Of a DNA stretch of 64,000 bases, positions 1 to 9,574 are shown piece by piece (within the stretch, counting starts at the first letter, position 1; the number at the start of each line of letters is the position of its first letter). The DNA comes from an uncultured Anaerolineaceae bacterium (GTDB lineage Bacteria > Chloroflexota > Anaerolineae > Anaerolineales > UBA4823): contig CAZWFQ010000001.1 of assembly GCA_964633225.1 (NCBI GenBank), positions 137,477 to 201,476 of the forward strand, in the 5' to 3' direction. The notes under the pieces were generated by a model. The model did not search any database and was not told where the DNA came from. It worked only from the letters and a program-made list of their open reading frames with translations. A program made the translations under genes and the position numbers.

Positions 1-347
1 ATTGTATCGGTGCGGGGTGGGCCGTCGCCCGATTCCCAGTCGCGGTAATCGAGGCCCATCAGTAGCACGGTGACCCGGCTGGCGCCATCCCAGGGCAGGG
101 CTTCGGGCCCAGTGCTGACGGCTTTGGTGGGCTCAGGGGTAGGTGCCGGAGTGCCTTCAAGGTTGGCGGTGGGTGTGGGGTTATATTCAATTGCCAACCC
201 GGGTAAGTCGGTGACGTTGTAAGATACCCAAAAATCATGGGATTTGGCGTAGGCGAAGTAAGCCAGGAACGCCGCGGCCCCCAGGAACAGAATCAGAAGG
301 CCTGTTTTCAGCAGGGTAGATGTCTTACGCATATTGGTTTTACTCAT
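1..347 (-). CDS. LytR-CpsA-Psr (LCP) family protein, second tandem copy; only the N-terminal ~115 aa lie in the window
   Basis: Absent from the ORF track because it has no stop inside the window. Manual reverse-strand translation from the ATG at 347-345 gives MSKTNMRKTSTLLKTGLLILFLGAAAFLAYFAYAK...EALPWDGASRVTVLLMGLDYRDWESGDGPPRTDT. This is a TM anchor followed by the same WDGASRVTVL(L/M)MGLDYRDWE block seen in the upstream LCP gene. Its ATG overlaps the upstream TGA (ATGA at 344-347). Confidence 0.75.
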   Translation of the reverse strand, partial: MSKTNMRKTSTLLKTGLLILFLGAAAFLAYFAYAKSHDFWVSYNVTDLPGLAIEYNPTPTANLEGTPAPTPEPTKAVSTGPEALPWDGASRVTVLLMGLDYRDWESGDGPPRTDT

Positions 348-1780
348 GGCATTGGGTTCTCAGCAGCCCAATCATCGCCGAGCAAAATGGCGATATCCAC
401 TTCGCTGTTGGGATCGTAGCGATTATAGATGCTGCTGGATTGAATGTTCATCATCTCTACAAGGTACTGAACCGTATACGGTTTGCCGCTGTAATCAATT
501 ATGATGGTGTAAGCAGCAACTTCAGTTGCATTGCCCGTGATGGTGACATTAATGCCTTGCTCGCCCAGATAGTTTGCCGTGGTGGCAGCCAGGCCGGGCG
601 TGGTGGTGGCATTCAACACCGAGACGGTAGCGGCTTCAGCCGCCCGCAGATCAGCTGGGTTGCCCACCACAACGGTGGCTGCGGGGCTGACTGCACCAGT
701 GGCAGTGAAGATCTCGTCGCGCAGGGCCCTTACCAGGTCAGGATCGGGCATCAAGATATCAAGCCCATCTGGCGACATGGTGATGGTGACGTGGTCGGGG
801 CCAATGGCGCCGCGGGAAATATTTTCGGCAGGGATCTGTTGGGCCAGCCAGGCCAACTGGATGATCTCTTGCAGGCTGAAGTTGGTATTGATACCCGTCG
901 AGAGGCTGTTGTATAAAACCGGGGCTTTGCTGATCAGGTTGGGCAGCATATCCAGGTTGAGGATCTGGCTGCGGATCGCCAGGATCACTTGCTGCTGGCG
1001 CTGGGAGCGGTCAAAGTCTCCGCCAATGGTATCGCGATTACGCGCATAAGCCAGGGCTGTAGGGCCGTCTAGCACCTGCAATCCGGGTTCGAGCTCCACG
1101 GTATTATCGGGTCCAATGGGGTCCACGCTCATGGCTTCGGCAATTTCAATCTCAACGCCCCCAATTTCGTCGATGAAACTCTCAAAAGCCGAAAAATCCA
1201 CCTGGGCGTAGTAATTGATCGGCACGCCCAGCAAGTCTTCCACGGTCTGGAGCGCCAGGGCCGGCCCACCCCCTGGAACCTCGTACAACTCGCCCAGGTA
1301 ATAGGCGGTGTTGATCTTGCCGTAGTCAAAACCGGGAATGTTGACCCACAGGTCGCGCGGGATAGAAAGGATGCCAGCTGTGCGCGCCACCGGATCCATG
1401 GTGAAGAGGATCATGGTGTCTGTGCGGGAAGGGCCTTCATCTTCCCAATCACGATAATCCAATCCCATCATCAGCACGGTAACACGGCTGGCGCCATCCC
1501 AGGGTGCTGGGGTTGGCCCACTGGCTGCCTGGAGCGGCACATTGAGGTTTACCTGTGCCGAGGCAGCACTGGGGGTACCTTCGGTCAGGGATAAGGCAGG
1601 TTGGGTGGGCAGCGGGTTGCGCGCTGCAATTGCCTCGCGCACTGCCAGGTAGGTGAGGTAGCCTGTAACCAGGGCCGTGATCAAGAATGCGATCAACAGC
1701 CCCCACGCCACCGGGGGCATAGAATGTCTGCGGCGCGTTGGCCGCACGGTATCAGGGTTGGTAGAATGATTTTCGTTCAT
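344..1780 (-). CDS. LytR-CpsA-Psr (LCP) family cell-wall glycopolymer ligase / transcriptional attenuator-like protein
   Basis: 478-aa ORF. It has an N-terminal TM anchor (VAWGLLIAFLITALVTGYLTYL). LCP core blocks follow: VTVLMMGLDYRD, RTDTMILFTMDP, ILSIPRDLWVNIPG, KINTAY. The C-terminal part resembles a LytR_C-like domain. Confidence 0.85.
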   Translation of the reverse strand: MNENHSTNPDTVRPTRRRHSMPPVAWGLLIAFLITALVTGYLTYLAVREAIAARNPLPTQPALSLTEGTPSAASAQVNLNVPLQAASGPTPAPWDGASRVTVLMMGLDYRDWEDEGPSRTDTMILFTMDPVARTAGILSIPRDLWVNIPGFDYGKINTAYYLGELYEVPGGGPALALQTVEDLLGVPINYYAQVDFSAFESFIDEIGGVEIEIAEAMSVDPIGPDNTVELEPGLQVLDGPTALAYARNRDTIGGDFDRSQRQQQVILAIRSQILNLDMLPNLISKAPVLYNSLSTGINTNFSLQEIIQLAWLAQQIPAENISRGAIGPDHVTITMSPDGLDILMPDPDLVRALRDEIFTATGAVSPAATVVVGNPADLRAAEAATVSVLNATTTPGLAATTANYLGEQGINVTITGNATEVAAYTIIIDYSGKPYTVQYLVEMMNIQSSSIYNRYDPNSEVDIAILLGDDWAAENPMP

Positions 1781-1789
1781 TGATGCGTG

Positions 1790-1798
1790 ATTATAACA
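1790..1798 (-). promoter_or_regulatory. Extended -10 promoter element (TGtTATAAT) for the LCP gene, 9 nt from its ATG
   Basis: The reverse strand reads CCTCCA-TG-T-TATAAT-CACGCATCA-ATG(1780). There is no Shine-Dalgarno sequence between the box and the start codon. Confidence 0.45.
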
Positions 1799-1913
1799 TG
1801 GAGGCGTAGATTGAGCAGGGTAGGGTAAAATAAGTGTCTGAATACGGTTGCAAGGTTCGAGCCTACCAAAGAAGACGTTGGATGTTAATAATTAGTTCCG
1901 GGAAAGCCAAGGT

Positions 1914-3923
1914 ATGTCGCTGATCACTGCTGTAGACCTGGCCAAGTCGTTTGGGCAGGTGGACATTTTTTCGAAGATTTCGTTAAGCATTCCCCACCGG
2001 GCGCGCGTTGCCATCGTGGGGCCAAATGGCATTGGCAAAACAACCCTGCTGCGCATCCTGGCAGGTTATGAAGAAGCCTCTGCCGGGACGGTCAGCCGGG
2101 CGCGCAGTTTGCAGATCGGCTACCTGCCTCAAGAGGCCGGGTTTGATGCTACCCATACTTTGTGGGAAGAATGCCTGAGCCCCTTTGCCAGGCTGCGTGA
2201 GCAAGAAGCTGAGCTGGCTCAGTTAGAAGCGGCGATGGCTGACCCGGCCCAAACTGAAGCGGTCTTGGTGCGCTATGGCAAGTTGCAGGCCGAATTTGAG
2301 CATCACGGCGGCTATACATATATCAACCGCATCCAACAGGTCTTGGGCGGCTTGGGCTTCAAAGCCGACGAATTCCATTACCCGCTGCCGCACCTCTCAG
2401 GAGGCCAGCGCACCCGGGCCCTGCTGGCGCGCCTGCTCCTTTCTGAACCAGACTTGCTGATCTTGGATGAGCCAACCAACCACCTGGATATTGAGGCTGT
2501 GGAATGGCTTGAGGGGCATCTCAGCCTTTGGAAGGGCGCCACTTTGATCGTCTCGCACGACCGGTATTTCTTGGATCGGGTTGTGAACACCATCTGGGAG
2601 ATGACGCGCGCTGGCTTTGAAGTGTATCATGGCACCTACACCGCTTATGTACAAACACGCCAGCAGCGCTGGGATCACCGGCAAGAAATCTTTGATTCGG
2701 AACGGGAGCGCTTGCTCAAAGAGATGGAGTATATCAAGCGCAATATTTCCGGCCAAAATGTGACCCAGGCACGCGGCCGGCTGCGCCGCGTGACCAGGCG
2801 CTTACAGGCTATCGAACAGGTGGGTATTGATGCGGTGATGAGCAAGACCTGGGGAGCGCTGAGCGAGGATGTGGATACCACCACCAGTGTGATGGGGGTG
2901 GATGAGGCTGAGCGCCGTGTGCGTTCTCTTTCGCTGCCCTCCAGCCGCCCGCCGCACCTGCACCTGAACCTGAGAGCCGATCAGCGCAGTGGCGAGCTGG
3001 TGCTACGCACCTACGATCTGAAAGTGGGGTATCCGGGCAACTTACTGTTCACGGCCCCGGATATTGAGCTCAGGAGGCAGGAATGCGCGGCCCTGATCGG
3101 CCCCAATGGGGCTGGCAAAACAACTTTTCTAAAGACCATCCTTGAAAAAATCCCCCCCATGGCTGGCGATGTGTTGATGGGTGCCAGCTTGAACGTGGGA
3201 TATTTTGCCCAGGCGCACGAAGATCTACGCCCCGAGCGCACCCTGGCCCAAGAGATTGATGCTGTGGCGCCCCAAATGCTGGTGGCGGATATCCGTCGCT
3301 ACCTGGCGCGCTTCTTGTTCACGGGCGAGGATGTTTTCAAGCCCGTCAGTGTGCTTTCGGGCGGCGAGCGCGGCCGGCTGGCTTTAGCCAAGCTGGCCCT
3401 GACCGGGGCCAACTTGCTTCTGTTGGATGAGCCAACCAATCACCTCGATATTCCTTCTCAAGAGGTGCTGCAAGAGGTGCTGGCCGATTTCCAGGGCACC
3501 ATCTTGCTGGTATCACATGATCGTTACCTGATCGATGCATTGGCCACTCAGATCTGGGAGATCGACGAAGGCCAGGGTGTTCTGCGGTTATTCAATGGCA
3601 GCTACAGTCAGTATAAGGCCGAGCAAGAAGCGGCGCGTGAATCTGCCCGGCTGGCTGAAGCCCAATCCAAGAGCAAGGTGACCCTGCAGAAAACAGGGCT
3701 CAGCTCCGATGAAAAGCGCCGCCGCAAACGCTTGAAAGAAGTAGAAGGGTTGATCGCCGGCCTGGAAGATGAGCAGGCGGTGTTGTCTCGCAAGCTCGAA
3801 AACCCACCCGCCGAACCGGCCAAAGTGCAAAAGCTGGGCAGAGAATATATGCGCGTGCAGAAAGAGTTAGATCAGTTGATCGAAGAGTGGAGCGATTTGC
3901 AGCAAACGGCAGTTGCAGAATAA
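1914..3923 (+). CDS. ABC-F family ATPase (Uup/YheS-like, soluble tandem ABC protein with C-terminal coiled coil)
   Basis: 669 aa. Two Walker A motifs (GPNGIGKTT, GPNGAGKTT), two signature motifs (LSGGQRTR, LSGGERGR) and two Walker B motifs (LLILDEPTNHLD, LLLLDEPTNHLD). No TM segments. The C-terminal tail is Lys/Glu-rich. Confidence 0.9.
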   Translation: MSLITAVDLAKSFGQVDIFSKISLSIPHRARVAIVGPNGIGKTTLLRILAGYEEASAGTVSRARSLQIGYLPQEAGFDATHTLWEECLSPFARLREQEAELAQLEAAMADPAQTEAVLVRYGKLQAEFEHHGGYTYINRIQQVLGGLGFKADEFHYPLPHLSGGQRTRALLARLLLSEPDLLILDEPTNHLDIEAVEWLEGHLSLWKGATLIVSHDRYFLDRVVNTIWEMTRAGFEVYHGTYTAYVQTRQQRWDHRQEIFDSERERLLKEMEYIKRNISGQNVTQARGRLRRVTRRLQAIEQVGIDAVMSKTWGALSEDVDTTTSVMGVDEAERRVRSLSLPSSRPPHLHLNLRADQRSGELVLRTYDLKVGYPGNLLFTAPDIELRRQECAALIGPNGAGKTTFLKTILEKIPPMAGDVLMGASLNVGYFAQAHEDLRPERTLAQEIDAVAPQMLVADIRRYLARFLFTGEDVFKPVSVLSGGERGRLALAKLALTGANLLLLDEPTNHLDIPSQEVLQEVLADFQGTILLVSHDRYLIDALATQIWEIDEGQGVLRLFNGSYSQYKAEQEAARESARLAEAQSKSKVTLQKTGLSSDEKRRRKRLKEVEGLIAGLEDEQAVLSRKLENPPAEPAKVQKLGREYMRVQKELDQLIEEWSDLQQTAVAE

Positions 3924-3945
3924 AGGCTTGTTGTGCTTGGGCTGC

Positions 3946-5538
3946 CTACGGGCTTAAGCAGGCCGGCGATGTTTCTGGAACGACCTGGTATTTGGGGCTG
4001 ATGCTAATATCTTCTAAGAGGGGTAAACTGGCCGAGAAGTAGGCGTTAAATACGACACGGAACGAATTGATTGGAGAGATGTTTTCATAAAGGGACGATG
4101 CCTGGCTTGAAATGCCAGGCAGGTAATATGCATTTAAGATCTCGTAGCGGTTATCATCGCGCCAGCCATGGTCGCCCTGGATAATAATGATCGGCGGCAC
4201 TTGTGACTGGGCAATGATCGTTTGGGCGATCTCGACAATTTTTTGATCGATGAACTGCACCTGGTTGGTATAGCCGCGGTCAATGTAACTGGCATCCGCG
4301 GGCATGGCGTTTTCACCATCGTAGTAGCGAGAATCTTCCATCAAACTGCCGTCTGGGGTGAAGATAAATGGAGGGTGCGGGATAATGATATGGGCAAAAA
4401 CGAACTTTGGGCCAGGGTAAGAAGGTATGGTTGGCAGTTGATCTAAGATGAAACGCTGGCTGCTCATGAAGTAGCTGTACGGGAAGTTGATTTGTTCAAA
4501 TTGGGTGCTTAACAGCCGGCTTTGCGAGTCAACCAGGATCAACCCTGCCGTGCTTTTGATCAGCATGGTTTCGAAAGGCGTCAACCCCTGCAGGATCTCG
4601 GCGTCGCTGCCCAATCGTAAATAAATGTCTGCATCCGATAAACGGCTCCAATCGTAGGTGGTGTCGAAGGCCACTGTCTTGTACCCCATTGCCTCAAGCC
4701 AATGCCGGACGCGGCTTTGTTTGAGCATAACCCAGATATTGTCTTCGGCGCCAGGGGTGTCGTTTGCCCCAGCCAAGAGGGTATTCAGGTAATCCATATT
4801 GAGCGCCGTGGTTAGCGAGCCCAGGGTATAGCTGTAATTGCTGCGGCTGCAATCGGCCACATAAAAGCCTGCTTCTCGAAGCATTTCCATGGCGGGGGAG
4901 TTGTCGTAATTGAAGTCATCCTGTAGAGCGTCACTGCGCGTATGCGAGTCGAGAATGATGTAATAGATATCGGGCAGGGTCTCTGGCATGACAAGGTCGG
5001 CGATTTGTGCATCCGGACCCTGGTACTGCTGGCGTGTTTCAAGGGTTAAAACATTGCTTTTTACCAGGTGGTTGGCGATTTGTAGGGCAGGTAAAGTGAC
5101 CAGGACCAATCCCATGATGTTGAATAAATATGTGTATGCAGCTAACTGCCTGGCGTGCCGCATGATCCAAAGCAGGCCGCCGATAATGAGGATGGCATAC
5201 AGGATGACCAGGTAGCGGTGGCGTCCAAGGATGATACCCTGTATGGTCAGTTTCGATAGTGCCCCATACACATGCCCATAGGAGACGACGACAAAGATAA
5301 TGAAGGATGTCACTAATCCGGCTCGCCCCCAATCGCCCAGCACCAGGCGCGCTAGACCCAGCAAGATTGCTGCACCAGCCAGGGCAAAGGTTAGTGGGCG
5401 CAAGACGACCAGCCAGTTCACCTCAGCAAAATTGTAGGCCAGTAGGTTCAGCACTGGAAAAGCCGCTATCGCCAATGGATAGATCAGCAGCATAGGCCGT
5501 CGTTCAGGGGTGGTATTTTGGCTGCCTGGTGTGTTCAT
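3946..5538 (-). CDS. Polytopic membrane protein with an extracytoplasmic alkaline-phosphatase-superfamily (sulfatase / LtaS-like) domain
   Basis: 530 aa. About five N-terminal TM helices are followed by PDIYYIILDSHTRSD, FVFAHIIIPHPPF and IIIIQGDHGW blocks typical of the sulfatase/LtaS fold. There is no CxPxR formylglycine motif, so a Thr-nucleophile transferase type is more likely than a true sulfatase. Confidence 0.65.
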   Translation of the reverse strand: MNTPGSQNTTPERRPMLLIYPLAIAAFPVLNLLAYNFAEVNWLVVLRPLTFALAGAAILLGLARLVLGDWGRAGLVTSFIIFVVVSYGHVYGALSKLTIQGIILGRHRYLVILYAILIIGGLLWIMRHARQLAAYTYLFNIMGLVLVTLPALQIANHLVKSNVLTLETRQQYQGPDAQIADLVMPETLPDIYYIILDSHTRSDALQDDFNYDNSPAMEMLREAGFYVADCSRSNYSYTLGSLTTALNMDYLNTLLAGANDTPGAEDNIWVMLKQSRVRHWLEAMGYKTVAFDTTYDWSRLSDADIYLRLGSDAEILQGLTPFETMLIKSTAGLILVDSQSRLLSTQFEQINFPYSYFMSSQRFILDQLPTIPSYPGPKFVFAHIIIPHPPFIFTPDGSLMEDSRYYDGENAMPADASYIDRGYTNQVQFIDQKIVEIAQTIIAQSQVPPIIIIQGDHGWRDDNRYEILNAYYLPGISSQASSLYENISPINSFRVVFNAYFSASLPLLEDISISPKYQVVPETSPACLSP

Positions 5539-5568
5539 AGAAAATGATTCAAAACCCCTCTGGGGACA

Positions 5569-5577
5569 TGATACAAT
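5569..5577 (+). promoter_or_regulatory. Extended -10 promoter element (TGaTACAAT) upstream of the Fe-S protein gene
   Basis: TG at 5569-5570 and TACAAT at 5572-5577, 38 nt upstream of the ATG at 5616. A weak TTCAAA lies 18 nt upstream. Confidence 0.4.
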
Positions 5578-5615
5578 TTTATCCGATATGTCTGAAATTG
5601 TGCTGATAGGTTGAT

Positions 5616-6413
5616 ATGGGTTTCTCGCGCCGGATCTTTGATTTTCTACTGAAACTTTGGCCGCTGACCTACCTGGGCTATTGGGTGGGCCGGCAGCCAG
5701 TTCTGGGCTGGTTGGCGCGGCCTTTCTTCAGCACGTACCTCAGTCAGGCCACCATTTTACCTGTTAATGAAGCAATTCCTGTCCCAACTCAGCTCAGCCT
5801 TCCCTATACACTCCTCAAATCTCTGATCGAACGCTCCGATTCGCGCTTCATCCTCTCGGTGTGTATGTGCCGGGATCAGGAAGACTGTGAGCGCTACCCG
5901 CATGAGTACGGCTGTATCTTTTTGGGCGAGGCCGCCCGCAGGATCCATCCTTCCATGGGCCAGGCTGTGGATGTGGAGCAGGCTTTAGCATATGTTCAAC
6001 ATGCCATCGAGCTGGGCCTGGTACCCATGGTTGCTCACTCGATCTACGATTCGGTATTGTTGAATGTGCCGTTCAAGCAGATGCTGGCAGTTTGCTTCTG
6101 CTGCGATTGCTGCTGTGTGGTGCGGCGCGGTTTGCGTACTGGGCCGCCCTCGTTTGGCCAGATCGTGCAGCGGTTGCCTGGCCTGACCGTGTCAGCCAGC
6201 CAGGCCTGCCTGCTGTGCGGGGCTTGCCAGGCAGTTTGCCCGGTGCAGGCGATTACCATGGGGGATGAACGGGCGATAGTGGGCGCCAACTGCAAAGGCT
6301 GTGGAGCCTGCGTAGAGGCTTGCCCAAATGGCGCCATGCTGTTTGCACACGATCAACAGTCAGAAATCTTGGCGGCCCTCATGGCTCGCGTTGAAAGCCA
6401 CAGCAGCATATAG
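5616..6413 (+). CDS. Cysteine-dense iron-sulfur protein with a C-terminal 2x[4Fe-4S] ferredoxin-type domain
   Basis: 265 aa. It has two CxxCxxCxxxCP motifs (CLLCGACQAVCP, CKGCGACVEACP). Additional Cys clusters are CMCRDQEDC and CFCCDCCC (nt 6093-6116). The N-terminus is hydrophobic. Confidence 0.7.
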   Translation: MGFSRRIFDFLLKLWPLTYLGYWVGRQPVLGWLARPFFSTYLSQATILPVNEAIPVPTQLSLPYTLLKSLIERSDSRFILSVCMCRDQEDCERYPHEYGCIFLGEAARRIHPSMGQAVDVEQALAYVQHAIELGLVPMVAHSIYDSVLLNVPFKQMLAVCFCCDCCCVVRRGLRTGPPSFGQIVQRLPGLTVSASQACLLCGACQAVCPVQAITMGDERAIVGANCKGCGACVEACPNGAMLFAHDQQSEILAALMARVESHSSI

Positions 6414-6421
6414 ATGATTTT

Positions 6422-6463
6422 CGGGGAGGGGCGACCACCATACCTGGTGGGCGCCCCTCCCCG
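6422..6463 (+). terminator. GC-rich hairpin between convergent genes (Fe-S gene and uvrA)
   Basis: CGGGGAGGGGCG pairs with CGCCCCTCCCCG (12 bp), and an inner CCACC/GGTGG adds 5 bp, with a 6-nt loop. A TTTT run lies a few nt downstream on the plus strand. Confidence 0.6.
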
Positions 6464-6506
6464 ATCTCCAATTTTCAGAACCCCCCAACTTCCGTCTGGT
6501 TTCTCT

Positions 6507-9395
6507 CTAAGGTTTGCAGATATAAGGCTGTAGGAATTTGCCTGTGTAAGAGGCATCTACCGCACACACCTCTTCTGGGGTGCCTTCGGCAATCAGCGTG
6601 CCGCCGCGGTCGCCGCCTTCGGGGCCAAGGTCGATAATGTGATCTGCCACCTTGATGATATCCAGGTTGTGTTCGATGATGACCACGCTGTTGCCGGCGT
6701 CTACCAGGCGCTGCAAGACCTCAATCAGCTTGTGCACATCGGCGGCGTGCAGGCCAACTGAAGGCTCATCCAGCACGTAGATGGTGCGGCCAGTGGCGCG
6801 CCTCGACAGCTCGCGCGACAGCTTGACCCGCTGGGCCTCACCTCCCGATAGGGTGGTGGCGGGCTGACCAAGGCGGACATACCCAAGCCCCACATCTTGC
6901 AAAGTTTGCAGGCGCGAGACCATATTGGGGAAAGCTTCGAATACTTCCAGGGCCTTGTCCACGGTCATGTCGAGCACATCGGCCACATTCAGGTTCTTGA
7001 AGCGCACCTGCAAAGTTTCGCGGTTGAAGCGTGCCCCATGGCATACGTCGCAGGGCACATACACGTCGGGCAAGAACTGCATCTCAATGCGCAATTGCCC
7101 CTGGCCCTGGCAGGCTTCGCAGCGCCCGCCGTGCACGTTGAAAGAGAACCGCCCGGGCTTGTATCCGCGCACTTTGCTTTCGGGCAATTCAGAGAACAGG
7201 CTGCGTATCTGGTCGAACAGACCGGTATAAGTGCCGGGGTTAGAGCGCGGCGTGCGGCCGATGGGAGATTGGTCGATGTTAATGATCTTGTCGACAAATT
7301 CCATACCATCAATGCGCTCGTGCAAGCCAGGTTGGGTATGTGCGCCGTGTAGTTGCGCCGCCAGGGCTTTGTAAAGGATATCCACCATCAAGGTCGATTT
7401 ACCCGAGCCCGAGACGCCCGTAATGCACACCAGCTCGCCCAGTGGGATGCTGATATCAATGTTCTTCAGGTTATTCTCGCTTGCCCCAACAATCGTGATC
7501 TTTTTGCCGTTGCCGCTTCGCCGTTGGTCCGGAATCTCCACTTGCATTCGTCCAGATAAATAAGCGCCGGTGAGCGATTGTGGGTTTTTGAGGATGTCGT
7601 CCACTGTCCCTTCGGCTACCACCAACCCGCCGTGCTCGCCTGCGCCTGGCCCCAGGTCCAGGATCCAGTCGGCCGATAAAATGGTCTCTGAATCGTGCTC
7701 CACCACCAGCACGGTGTTCCCCAGGTCGCGCAGGCCCTTTAACGTATCCAGCAGGCGGTCATTGTCGCGTGGGTGCAAGCCGACGGATGGCTCATCCAGT
7801 ACGTATAATACGCCCATCAAGCGTGAGCCCACTTGGGTCGCCAGGCGGATGCGTTGTGCCTCGCCGCCAGATAGGGAACTGGCTGAGCGCCGTAGGGTCA
7901 GGTAATCCAGGCCCACATTTACCAAAAAGCCAAGCCGCTCCTGAATCTCCTTCAAGATGCGTTCTGAGATGGCTTGCTGGCGAGCTGTCAGGGGTGTCTC
8001 GGGGCCGTAGATGCGGCGCACCCAATCCAGGGCGCGCAAGATTGGCCATTCGGTGACCTGGATGATGTTAATCTCATCGATGGTGATCGCCAGGGCCTCG
8101 CGGCGCAGCCGGGTGCCCTTGCAGGTGGGACAGGTGCGCATGTTCATGTAAGCTGAAATGCGCTCGCGCGCCGATTCTGAACTGGTCTCGTTGTAACGGC
8201 GCTCCAGGTTGCCAATTACCCCCTCAAACTCGCGGTCATAGTTGAATTCGTGGCCTTTGCCGCTGCGGTAGGTCATGGGGATTTCTTTGCCGCGCGTGCC
8301 GTAGAGTACGATTTGCAGCTTATCCTCGGGCAGTTTCCGCACAGGGGTGTTTAGATCGATCTTATAGTATTCTGCGGCGGATTCCAGGCTTTGCCAATAG
8401 TAGCCGCCTTCTTCGCGCGCCCCATTCCACTCCGTCAGGGCAATAGCGCCTTCTGCCAACGAGAGGTCTGGATCGGGGATGAGCAGGTCGGGGTCAATCT
8501 CCAGCTTGCCTCCCAATCCCTGGCAGTCGGGGCAGGCGCCATGCGGGGTGTTGAAAGAGAAGGTGCGCGGCTCAATCTCTGGCAGCACAGAGCCGTGCTC
8601 GGCACAAGCCAGGTGTTCAGAGAAGTACAGGTCGTGTGGTTCTTGGGCATCGGTGATGTCCTGGACGATCAGGTAGCCATCACCAAATTTGAGAGCTGTT
8701 TCGACCGAGTCGGTCAGACGGGAGAGAAATTGACCGGCTTCCTCGCTGTCGTCTGAATGGTGGACCACCAGGCGGTCTACCACGGCTTCGATGTTGTGGA
8801 TCTTGTAGCGATCCATCTGGATTTCTTCTTCCAGCTCATGCACCTGCCCATCCACCCTGGCCCGCACAAAGCCGGCCTTGCCGATCTCCTCCAGTACGGC
8901 CTGGTGGGTGCCCTTGCGGCCGCGCACCAGCGGTGAAAGGATCAAGAGACGCTTGCCCTCGGGCAGGCCCACGATCACATTCACGATTTCCTCGGCAGAT
9001 TGCTTCGCAACCTGGCGGCCGCATTCAGGGCAGTGCGGTATACCTGCTCGGGCATACAATAAGCGCAGGTAATCGTAGATCTCGGTTACGGTGCCCACCG
9101 TGGAACGCGGGTTATGCGAGACACCTTTTTGGTCAATTGAAACAGCCGGCGATAAGCCTTCGATATGATCTACATCTGGCTTATCCATTTGCCCTAAGAA
9201 TTGGCGAGCATAAGCTGAAAGCGACTCGACATACCGGCGTTGGCCTTCGGCAAAAATGGTATCGAATGCCAGGGAAGACTTGCCTGAGCCAGACAGGCCG
9301 GTGATGACAACCAGCTTGTCACGTGGAATTTCAACCGTAATATTCTTTAAGTTGTGAACGCGAGCACCGACAACGCGGATGGCATTAGAGGTCAT
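6507..9395 (-). CDS. uvrA: Excinuclease ABC subunit A
   Basis: 962 aa. Two ABC modules ([25 protein letters not shown]; LSGGEAQR twice). Zinc-finger cysteines are present ([22 protein letters not shown]...CDVCHG). Confidence 0.97.
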   Translation of the reverse strand: MTSNAIRVVGARVHNLKNITVEIPRDKLVVITGLSGSGKSSLAFDTIFAEGQRRYVESLSAYARQFLGQMDKPDVDHIEGLSPAVSIDQKGVSHNPRSTVGTVTEIYDYLRLLYARAGIPHCPECGRQVAKQSAEEIVNVIVGLPEGKRLLILSPLVRGRKGTHQAVLEEIGKAGFVRARVDGQVHELEEEIQMDRYKIHNIEAVVDRLVVHHSDDSEEAGQFLSRLTDSVETALKFGDGYLIVQDITDAQEPHDLYFSEHLACAEHGSVLPEIEPRTFSFNTPHGACPDCQGLGGKLEIDPDLLIPDPDLSLAEGAIALTEWNGAREEGGYYWQSLESAAEYYKIDLNTPVRKLPEDKLQIVLYGTRGKEIPMTYRSGKGHEFNYDREFEGVIGNLERRYNETSSESARERISAYMNMRTCPTCKGTRLRREALAITIDEINIIQVTEWPILRALDWVRRIYGPETPLTARQQAISERILKEIQERLGFLVNVGLDYLTLRRSASSLSGGEAQRIRLATQVGSRLMGVLYVLDEPSVGLHPRDNDRLLDTLKGLRDLGNTVLVVEHDSETILSADWILDLGPGAGEHGGLVVAEGTVDDILKNPQSLTGAYLSGRMQVEIPDQRRSGNGKKITIVGASENNLKNIDISIPLGELVCITGVSGSGKSTLMVDILYKALAAQLHGAHTQPGLHERIDGMEFVDKIINIDQSPIGRTPRSNPGTYTGLFDQIRSLFSELPESKVRGYKPGRFSFNVHGGRCEACQGQGQLRIEMQFLPDVYVPCDVCHGARFNRETLQVRFKNLNVADVLDMTVDKALEVFEAFPNMVSRLQTLQDVGLGYVRLGQPATTLSGGEAQRVKLSRELSRRATGRTIYVLDEPSVGLHAADVHKLIEVLQRLVDAGNSVVIIEHNLDIIKVADHIIDLGPEGGDRGGTLIAEGTPEEVCAVDASYTGKFLQPYICKP

Positions 9396-9466
9396 AACAG
9401 GTCCAATATCGTCTAGCGAACAAAGAATGAAAGAGTGGGTTATTCTGCCCGGCAGGGCAATTGGGT

Positions 9467-9475
9467 ATTATAGCA
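9467..9475 (-). promoter_or_regulatory. Extended -10 promoter element (TGcTATAAT) upstream of uvrA
   Basis: The reverse strand reads CATTTG-TG-C-TATAAT-ACCC, about 71 nt upstream of the uvrA ATG at 9395. Confidence 0.45.
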
Positions 9476-9574
9476 CAAATGTTTTATAGAGTGGGAAATT
9501 GGCAGGCGTGACCAACCGTCACCCATCTCACCAAACGCGCAGAGCAGGGTATAATTTCTCTTGGAGGTAGAACG

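Noticed and set aside
9417-9429. Possible LexA (Cheo-box-like) site CGAACAAAGAATG upstream of uvrA
   Set aside because: Only the first half-site (GAAC) matches GAAC-N4-GTTC. The second half (AATG) does not.
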